Positions 1 through 6,987 of a stretch of DNA of 57,047 nt are shown piece after piece. The DNA is taken from positions 1 through 57,047 of the IMG/VR virus record IMGVR_UViG_3300018080_000022. One strand, written 5' to 3'. The notes beneath the pieces were generated by a model. The model was not told where the DNA came from. It did not search any database and saw only the letters and a list, made by a program, of their open reading frames with translations. How positions within the stretch are numbered: position 1 is the first letter of the stretch; each line of letters opens with the position of its first letter. The position numbers were made by a program, and so were the translations under genes. This DNA is from a virus (lineage: Duplodnaviria > Caudoviricetes).

Positions 1-123
1 AAACCCCCTTCAAGCGCTTCGTCCGCCCGCAATACACGCAGCGTTTATGAGTCGGCTCCGGCAGGTTTTTGTTAATCATGGTTATTCCCCGAGCAGCTTA
101 GTCAATCCGCTTCGAATTTTCTT
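1..123. repeat. Terminal direct repeat (identical to 56925-57047); circular-assembly overlap
   Basis: 123-bp exact match between the two ends; minus-strand genes read continuously across the junction. Confidence 0.95.
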
Positions 124-1053
124 GGCTTTCGGTGAAACCTTCTTCTTTCCGAGGCTCTTCATCACCGCCGCCGCGCAGTCGCTTAAAAAATCATAGGTGC
201 TTATCTTCTCATCCTTGCGCCGTCTGTCCCTCTTGTTTTCGTCCTTTATTTTCTTGCGGAGATTTTCAATCATCTCCTCGTCGAAGCCGCCCCATCGGCT
301 AACTACGAACTTGCCCGCTTCGTTGCGTTCGAGGAGAGAAACATGGGCGAGCACGGCAAAAGTTTCGAAAAGCCCCGTTATCTTTTCCTGGAAGTGCTGA
401 AGATATTCGATTACCTGCTCTCTGTCGTGCTGGACTTCCTTGTCGAACGTCGCCTCGACAAGCATTTTGAATACTTCTTCTTCGCTCTCATTGCCATAAT
501 AATAGCCGTCGCGGTCATTTATAAAGCGTTTCACGGCATTTTTGCAGGCGAGGGCATTCTGATGTTCGCGCGAGTTTTTAAGCACTTCGGCTTTGGCGGT
601 TCTAAAATATGTCTGCTTGTCATCCTGAAAGCTGCGGGCCAGCGAGGCTACGAGGGAATCGTCTATGGTGGGGTTTTCGAGCCGCCTCGCCGCCTTGACT
701 ATCTTGAGCGTTTTGCCATGCGGGGCCATCCAGCCGCATCCCTCGGGGAGCTCGTCGGGAGTGTTTATAACGCCTTTCGGCGCTACATACCAGAATTCAT
801 GAAAACATTCCCGCGCCCAGGCGTTCTTGCGTGGGTTTTGGATTTCCCGCAGGTAGTCATTGCGGCTTACTTTTATTTCAAAGGCCGAACGCATCAAGCC
901 TTTTGAGGGCCACAAGCCTATCACTACTGCATCAATCCATGACTGATAAGCCGCGCCGGTACAATCGGCAACCTGCTCAAAAACCACATAAGCCTCGTGA
1001 CCATAGCGGTTGCGAAGCTTCTCGATTAAGTCTTCAGCTTTATATTCTTTCAT
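82..1053 (-). CDS. MmcB-like PD-(D/E)XK nuclease domain protein
   Basis: WIDAVVIGLWPS..AFEIKVSRNDYLRE..K..W....HEFWYVAP pattern typical of MmcB-like phage proteins. Confidence 0.7.
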   Translation of the reverse strand: MKEYKAEDLIEKLRNRYGHEAYVVFEQVADCTGAAYQSWIDAVVIGLWPSKGLMRSAFEIKVSRNDYLREIQNPRKNAWARECFHEFWYVAPKGVINTPDELPEGCGWMAPHGKTLKIVKAARRLENPTIDDSLVASLARSFQDDKQTYFRTAKAEVLKNSREHQNALACKNAVKRFINDRDGYYYGNESEEEVFKMLVEATFDKEVQHDREQVIEYLQHFQEKITGLFETFAVLAHVSLLERNEAGKFVVSRWGGFDEEMIENLRKKIKDENKRDRRRKDEKISTYDFLSDCAAAVMKSLGKKKVSPKAKKIRSGLTKLLGE

Positions 1054-1427
1054 TTTTCCACTTCCGCTTCGACGTTATCGGCTATCCGCTCCAATTGCTG
1101 CCAACAGGCCCCGTTTTTGGGACAACCCAGGCAGGCAAGCGTACATATCTTATAACTCTTGATATCCTCTTTCTTATTGTTGCAGTACTTCCTTATCGCG
1201 GTTCGCATCACCCATATGATGTTGTCGAGCTCTTCGACGCGCTTTTTCATGTCTTTACCGTCCTGAATCTTTTTTATCTCCGCCTCGACTTTTGCTTCCG
1301 CGCTTTCAAGCTGCGCCTTGTCTACCTGGTGGCCGCATTCGCACGGCGGTCTGTCGGTAAGCTTGCCAGTCCAGCTAACCCGTTCGCCGCACTTCGGGCA
1401 CGTCGCGTCATTGAACCCGTTTATCAT
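1050..1427 (-). CDS. Hypothetical zinc-ribbon protein
   Basis: CPKC, CECG and C-rich C-terminus; start/stop overlap with the downstream gene. Confidence 0.6.
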   Translation of the reverse strand: MINGFNDATCPKCGERVSWTGKLTDRPPCECGHQVDKAQLESAEAKVEAEIKKIQDGKDMKKRVEELDNIIWVMRTAIRKYCNNKKEDIKSYKICTLACLGCPKNGACWQQLERIADNVEAEVEK

Positions 1428-1580
1428 CTTTTTTCTCCTCCTCCAACATCTTTTCCCAATGCGCTATCGACTCTTCCAGGGTCGTTATCTTCTCGCCTCA
1501 GTTCACACAACTGCCATGCCGAAGGCTCGCAAGCATAAGCCGCGTGACAACGGACTTGTCCCTCGTTTTTGGAGTATGTC

Positions 1581-1922
1581 TCATTGTTCTTTCCCGCTCA
1601 CTACCTTTTCCATCCAGGCGACGTAATCGGGGCCGGTTTCAGAAATGCCTTCCGGTACATCCTCGTAGAGAATGTACTTGCCCGGCACGTCGTCCGCGCC
1701 GTCAAGCTTGTCCTCGCGCGCGAACAAGACCTTGCGCCCGAGCTCCTTTTCAATATAGTCGATTACCCGCTGTCGCAGGCCGGGGTTTTCGCAGAAGTTC
1801 CTCTTGCTCCACCCTACGACATAAGCGATGTCTTTGTTCGGCGGCCTTTCAAGGTCTTCGAGCAGTTCAACGAGCTTCACCCGGCCGTCGAACAACAGGT
1901 TCGACCGCAGTTCTTCGTTCAT
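1581..1922 (-). CDS. Hypothetical protein
   Basis: Fits the tightly packed minus-strand run. Confidence 0.55.
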   Translation of the reverse strand: MNEELRSNLLFDGRVKLVELLEDLERPPNKDIAYVVGWSKRNFCENPGLRQRVIDYIEKELGRKVLFAREDKLDGADDVPGKYILYEDVPEGISETGPDYVAWMEKVVSGKEQ

Positions 1923-1925
1923 GAT

Positions 1926-2462
1926 TTACCCCTTCAACAGGTTTTCCGCCTCTACATTTGTTTCGCTGAGCATTATCAACTTGTCTTTTGGATGCCCGTG
2001 AACCAAGCCTATCAGGAATATCGCTATCCCCACCTGGCCCCATTTCTTCGGCGAATAGCGTTTCCGCTTGTCCCAAACCACTTCCATCCTCATCTTCGTG
2101 AAGTCGTTTATAACCATAGTCACCTGCGGAATAGGCTTGCCGTTCTCGGGATTGGGCTCGCTGTTTTTCCCGTCGCCTTCGAGCGGCATCACCGCCATCG
2201 GAACATTGCACTCCGGGTGACCGTCGTTTTCATATCTTATAAAAGCGTCTTGAAGGAACGGCCTGGCATCGTCTTCGCTCATAATCAACCCGTAACCCAT
2301 GTCATCTTTGCGGTAGTAGCAGCGCACCGCTATCCTGCCCCATATAAATGGGGCTTCCTGCACCGGAGCGGGGAAGAAGGTTAGCTTCTTCGCGCCGTAA
2401 GGGCTTAACAGCCGCGTCACGCCGATTACCTGCCATGATTCCTGTAGTTTACGAGTTCTCAT
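1926..2462 (-). CDS. Hypothetical protein
   Basis: Fits the minus-strand run, overlapping the upstream stop. Confidence 0.55.
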   Translation of the reverse strand: MRTRKLQESWQVIGVTRLLSPYGAKKLTFFPAPVQEAPFIWGRIAVRCYYRKDDMGYGLIMSEDDARPFLQDAFIRYENDGHPECNVPMAVMPLEGDGKNSEPNPENGKPIPQVTMVINDFTKMRMEVVWDKRKRYSPKKWGQVGIAIFLIGLVHGHPKDKLIMLSETNVEAENLLKG

Positions 2463-2964
2463 ATAATTCCAGTTTCGCCGAATAAGGAACGTAAAGCGGA
2501 TGTTTCGGGGAGCCGTTCTTGGTCTTCCCGAGGCAGTAGAGCTTGTCGCGGTGTTTCCTCAGCAACTTCAAGACCTTTTCGGCCCGCTCGCACGCCGCCT
2601 TGTGAGCGCCCCAGGCCACGACGACTTCTCCGTTCGGGTATTCGCGGGCAAGGCGGCTTATGTACCTGCCGTTCAAGGGGCCTACCGGGTCGGGATGGTC
2701 GAGCAGGGCCTTCGGGTCGGTCGAGATAAGCGCGAAGAGATTGACGACATGAAATCCGCCATTGCCATTGCGGATAGCAAATTTCATACACCTGGTCACG
2801 GTCGGGTCGAGCTTGTTTTCGTCTGCGGTGCTCGGATTGAGCATTATGAAAACAATCATGGGCCGGTCGTCCCACTTCCGAAACAAATCATAGCGATACT
2901 CGCCGTCGAAGTCGGCCCCCGCCTCGGTAAACAAGTCCGCCTTTTTCCTTCGCTTATGTACCAT
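2449..2964 (-). CDS. DUF1643 family protein
   Basis: YRYDL.R.W, FIMLNPSTAD...DPT..RC, VNLFA..ST.P, VVAWG, LGKTKNGSPKHPLY; start reassigned to the ATG at 2964. Confidence 0.9.
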   Translation of the reverse strand: MVHKRRKKADLFTEAGADFDGEYRYDLFRKWDDRPMIVFIMLNPSTADENKLDPTVTRCMKFAIRNGNGGFHVVNLFALISTDPKALLDHPDPVGPLNGRYISRLAREYPNGEVVVAWGAHKAACERAEKVLKLLRKHRDKLYCLGKTKNGSPKHPLYVPYSAKLELYENS

Positions 2965-3371
2965 TACGCCCTCTTCTTGTATCCGACGCAGACAATGCTC
3001 GCGCGGTCGCGCTTCTTGTCGTACCTTATTTGCACGCGGCCACGGCGAACGCACTTGCCGTCCATGCCGAGCGCGCCGCCATGTTTAATCGCGTGAACGC
3101 AGTCGATACAGTTGCTTATCTCCCTGCCGACGTGGCCGATGGCGACTCCCTTGCCCGAAAGCCTGAACCACGCGACGAAGCCGATTATTGCGAGCACGTT
3201 GTAGGCTGCAAACAACGCCGCCTGGCTGTAGATGTTCATGTTGATGTCGATGATTATCCAGACGGTATTGGCTATAAACCACAAGACGAAGCCGAGCCAA
3301 TGCTTCTTGATAACAAACCAGTTCCCGCCAAGCGATAGCGCGGTTGTAAACCATCCTATTATATTATACAT
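2964..3371 (-). CDS. Short PnuC-like (nicotinamide riboside transporter-like) membrane protein
   Basis: Three hydrophobic helices with GF.LW..AN..WI and AIIGF.AW; start at 3371 behind GAGAGGAGAGG. Confidence 0.6.
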   Translation of the reverse strand: MYNIIGWFTTALSLGGNWFVIKKHWLGFVLWFIANTVWIIIDINMNIYSQAALFAAYNVLAIIGFVAWFRLSGKGVAIGHVGREISNCIDCVHAIKHGGALGMDGKCVRRGRVQIRYDKKRDRASIVCVGYKKRA

Positions 3372-3804
3372 TGCCTCTCCTCTCTCCTCTTGCCACGTTA
3401 AGCATTGTACTGTAAACCAAACTATTAGGTAAAAATGTCTTGAAATACTCGCTGTCATCGCCGTGAAGAACCTTTGCAATCGCCGCGGCGACGGCGGGGC
3501 TCCGGGAAAGCCCGGCTTCGCAATGGCATATAATCGCCTCGACTTTATCCTTGTACTCGTTTACAAAACTCCATATGCGCCCGGCTATCTCCTCGTTGAA
3601 GATAGGCTTTAGCTTTGGATGCGGCTCGCCGAGGTCATAGAACTGGACGTAAAGGATGTCAAACCGGCCGGGAGAAGCTTTCACAAGGGGATAACTGCTT
3701 TTGGGGTCGGTGATAGAGATGAGCACATGATGAATCTCGAAAGGCGTCGTTTCAACCATAATGCGATTGCTTACCAAGACAAGCGGTTTCGGCCTGTTAG
3801 CCAT
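3364..3804 (-). CDS. Protein-tyrosine/dual-specificity phosphatase-like protein
   Basis: HCEAGLSRS (CX5R) catalytic loop; ISITDP and F.D motifs. Confidence 0.85.
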   Translation of the reverse strand: MANRPKPLVLVSNRIMVETTPFEIHHVLISITDPKSSYPLVKASPGRFDILYVQFYDLGEPHPKLKPIFNEEIAGRIWSFVNEYKDKVEAIICHCEAGLSRSPAVAAAIAKVLHGDDSEYFKTFLPNSLVYSTMLNVARGERRGNV

Positions 3805-4279
3805 CTTCCTTCTCCTTTCCCGGCGTTTGCCAGGCGTAGTCGCTCATATCCTCGTGGACGAAGATGGGGTGTTCGAGCTTCTGCAAGAGGCAGAACGGCA
3901 CGAGCCATCGCAGGTTGGTGATAGTGTCTATTGGAAGAATGTAGGCGTTCTTCCAGTCGATTTCTTCGCCAGTATCGTTTGCCCGCGGAAAGTTGCCGCA
4001 GAATATGTGCGTTTTGGCGACGGCCCTGAAGAAGAAGACGGTGCCTCCGGGGCAGACCAGCGTTACCATATGTTTCCATTCCTTCGGGGAGACGCTTATT
4101 CCGGTTTCTTCCTTGAATTCGCGCGACATCGCCTGCTCGGGCGATTCGCCGCTCTCCACCTTGCCGCCTATGCCGTTCCAATACCCGGCCTGCCATTCGG
4201 GCTTAAGCTTGTTGACGAGCAAGACGTGCGGCGCGTCCTTTATGTTGGAATATAAAAATCCGACTACGTAACACTTCAT
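3797..4279 (-). CDS. NUDIX hydrolase
   Basis: GGKVESGESPEQAMSREFKEETG Nudix box. Confidence 0.95.
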   Translation of the reverse strand: MKCYVVGFLYSNIKDAPHVLLVNKLKPEWQAGYWNGIGGKVESGESPEQAMSREFKEETGISVSPKEWKHMVTLVCPGGTVFFFRAVAKTHIFCGNFPRANDTGEEIDWKNAYILPIDTITNLRWLVPFCLLQKLEHPIFVHEDMSDYAWQTPGKEKEDG

Positions 4280-4290
4280 GCTTTTTCTCC

Positions 4291-4875
4291 TTACTTGTAT
4301 TTCATCATTTCCATCAGCGTGACGACGATATCCTCGCCGTTGAGCCCCTTGCCCATCGCTTCTATTCGAAGCCCTAATCGCCTGTCTTCCCCTTCCTTCC
4401 TGGCCACGAAAAGCTCTACCGCGCTGTCCTTCTTGGTCATTTTTACAAGCGCGTCGATGCAGGTCTTGAGAAGTTCGAGGTTCACATATGCGCTCGCGCA
4501 GTTTTCTCGCTTCTTGGGGTTGTTGGCTTCATCCGTGGAGGCTGCCACGTCCGGGAAGTCGCCTTTATCCTCTTTCAGCGTGATGGTAGTTTTGCCATCA
4601 TAGAGAATAAAGGTGTCGTTTCCGCAATCAGAGACGGTGAAATGTTTACCTTCTATCATCTCCGCAAAACCCAACGCCACATCCTTGTCTATAAGGGCGG
4701 TTTCTTTCCTTAGCTTTTCCTGCAAATTGAGGCCGCTTACCACGACGGCATATTTGCCCGTCGTGGCTATCGCTTTACCGTCCCTGGTTAATTGGAGTTT
4801 GCGGAATTTGTACCTCGTGTTTTCATCGGCGGCGAACTGCGCCGCGAGTAAATGTGTTCTTGAGAACATAGTCAC
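4291..4875 (-). CDS. Possible partial DNA polymerase III beta-clamp-like protein
   Basis: FAADENTRYKF..LQL....AIATTGKYAV and GDFPDV resemble the central domain of DnaN (FA.S.DE.R..L....ATDGHRL, G.FPDY). Confidence 0.45.
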   Translation of the reverse strand: MTMFSRTHLLAAQFAADENTRYKFRKLQLTRDGKAIATTGKYAVVVSGLNLQEKLRKETALIDKDVALGFAEMIEGKHFTVSDCGNDTFILYDGKTTITLKEDKGDFPDVAASTDEANNPKKRENCASAYVNLELLKTCIDALVKMTKKDSAVELFVARKEGEDRRLGLRIEAMGKGLNGEDIVVTLMEMMKYK

Positions 4876-5079
4876 TCCTTTTCCAGTATAAGCACATATC
4901 CGTATGTTTTACGTTCGAGCGTTGCTTTCAGCTTTACATGGGCAAATGGGAATATTCCGAGTTGCTTCAGCGCGTGGTCATCCTCCGGCGGGATATCTAT
5001 TGCGAGCCTGCCCTGCTCGTCGAGCTCCACTTCCGGTATTCTCGCAAAAGCGCCGCAATGTGGACATTCCTTCCTCATC

Positions 5080-6027
5080 TCACTCCTCGAACAATGAACA
5101 GTTGCAAACGGGCTGCTCGGGATTTAACCCGAAGTGCTCGTAAACTTTTACCACTTCCTTGCAAAACCCTATCGGGCCGCCGTATCCGAAAGTGCGAAGG
5201 CCCGCGCTAACATCTTCGTAAAGCCTTATCCGCTCCTGGAAAGGCAGGCGCATCTTGAACGCCTTGCCGTACCTGCCGCAGTTGTCGCTTTCGGTTGTCG
5301 CCGCGCGAAGCTTCCTGTCATACCGCCATCCGAAGGCGAAGCGAAGAGAGCCGAGCGTTATCCTTTCGGCCCCGACGCCCGCGCAAGCTTCCATGAAGTT
5401 CATGGGCGACGGCGTACCGCCGAGGTCTTCCGGAATTATAGGGTCTAAGCGAAGCCTTATCCGCCATCCCATGTCTCTAATCTTCTTCGCCGCAATGAGA
5501 CGCTTGGCGACATGCGGCGCGCCGTTTTCGTAATTCGCCGCATTCGGCGACGCGCTGAAGGACACTATAACGTTGTCCTGGGGCTCGTAATTGCGAAGCA
5601 CTTCCACGACGTTTGCGGCCCCTTTAGTGACGAGTAGCATCGTATGACTTTCGAAATGTTTATCCTGCACGATGCCCTTAAGCATCATATCAAGATATCG
5701 CGGGTCGAGGAAGCTGTCCGAAAGCTCGCCAGCATTTAGCATGGCCTTCGGGGTCTTCGCCGCCCACTTCCTAACCTGCTCTTTCATCTCGCTTATGTTG
5801 GTAAAGACGGTCGGGATGGGCTTGTTGTTTTCGAGGGTGTTTCGCATGGTATGCTTCAAGTAGCAGTACGAGCAGTTATATAAACACCCGTTCGCATGCG
5901 AAAGCACGTGGAAGTGCGGACACACGACGCCCTCCGGCGTGGAATCGAACTTCTTCACGAACGGACTAACCCGCCGTCTAAATATCACCCTCGCCTGTGC
6001 TGTGGGTTTCGTCATTTTCAACCTCAT
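5080..6027 (-). CDS. Radical SAM protein, spore photoproduct lyase (SplB)-like
   Basis: GCLYNCSYCYL (CxxxCxxC), GELSDS, LVTK, RLDPII, ITLGSLR, CKE. Confidence 0.85.
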   Translation of the reverse strand: MRLKMTKPTAQARVIFRRRVSPFVKKFDSTPEGVVCPHFHVLSHANGCLYNCSYCYLKHTMRNTLENNKPIPTVFTNISEMKEQVRKWAAKTPKAMLNAGELSDSFLDPRYLDMMLKGIVQDKHFESHTMLLVTKGAANVVEVLRNYEPQDNVIVSFSASPNAANYENGAPHVAKRLIAAKKIRDMGWRIRLRLDPIIPEDLGGTPSPMNFMEACAGVGAERITLGSLRFAFGWRYDRKLRAATTESDNCGRYGKAFKMRLPFQERIRLYEDVSAGLRTFGYGGPIGFCKEVVKVYEHFGLNPEQPVCNCSLFEE

Positions 6028-6376
6028 CTACAAGTTTAAGTGGTCTTAGGGCTTCTTCCCTGGCTTTCGCTTCTTCCCTGGCTTTTTCTGCCGCCCTGGC
6101 TTTTTCTGCCTCGGCTTCTGCCGACGTTTTGTGATGTTTGTACCAGTCCTCTATGTCAAAAATATGACAGATTTCTCCGCCTTCACGAATGCAGATAAAT
6201 ACCTGGTTTGGGTCGAGAAGCGTTCCCTGCGGGCTGCCGGGCCTCACTCTCAAGAAGCCCTTGGTGCATATCACAAGGTCTTTGTTGCCGCACTTCGGGC
6301 ACTCGACGAGCACGGAGCCGATTTCGTGAATACCCTCAGCCCCTTTAATATCTTCGCTGGCCCTGGGGTTTCCCAT
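5978..6376 (-). CDS. Hypothetical zinc-ribbon protein
   Basis: CPKC; GGAGG RBS. Confidence 0.55.
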   Translation of the reverse strand: MGNPRASEDIKGAEGIHEIGSVLVECPKCGNKDLVICTKGFLRVRPGSPQGTLLDPNQVFICIREGGEICHIFDIEDWYKHHKTSAEAEAEKARAAEKAREEAKAREEALRPLKLVDEVENDETHSTGEGDI

Positions 6377-6594
6377 GATTACCTCCCTTTCTAAAGAAGC
6401 TTATCGCCGCATATACAAGCGCTTCGAGGCGGCATTCGCTCCTCTTCTTGTTCCAAAAATGACACGTTTCGTTCTGCACGCACTTTTCCGTGCCCTGCAA
6501 CGCCGCTATCATACAATGTTTTTCTTTGTCAACGGACACATCCACATCCCTTCGTTTGAAAGGTTCCTTGCTAATCGCCCTGCCGCGTCGCCTG

Positions 6595-6987
6595 TCATTG
6601 CCTGGCATTTTTCTTCACCATGTCTTCGAGGATGTTTAGTATCCCGAATTTTTTCACTTTTTCATACAAGTCCGTCAGCTTACCGAGGACTCCGGGGGCC
6701 AGAAAAGTCTTTGTCCGGTTGTATCCCTCCGCTACATTATTTCTTGCATGGGATATCGCATCGACGAGTTCATTCGCTGCATCAAGGGCCTTCCTGCCCT
6801 TGTCAAGAATGTTGTAGCCGGACGAAATCAAGACCTTCGCCTTCCTTATCATCTCCTCGCCGTCAGGCCCTAAAAACTGTTCGACAACCTTCTCCGCATC
6901 CGCCATCTCATCTCCTTTCGATATTCTCCCAAATAGAATTATCAGTTTTAACTTCGTTTTAATCCATAATATCTTCAATCGTGCCAT
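6595..6987 (-). CDS. Hypothetical helical protein
   Basis: Fits the operon; the true start may be the internal ATG of MADAEK. Confidence 0.5.
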   Translation of the reverse strand: MARLKILWIKTKLKLIILFGRISKGDEMADAEKVVEQFLGPDGEEMIRKAKVLISSGYNILDKGRKALDAANELVDAISHARNNVAEGYNRTKTFLAPGVLGKLTDLYEKVKKFGILNILEDMVKKNARQ

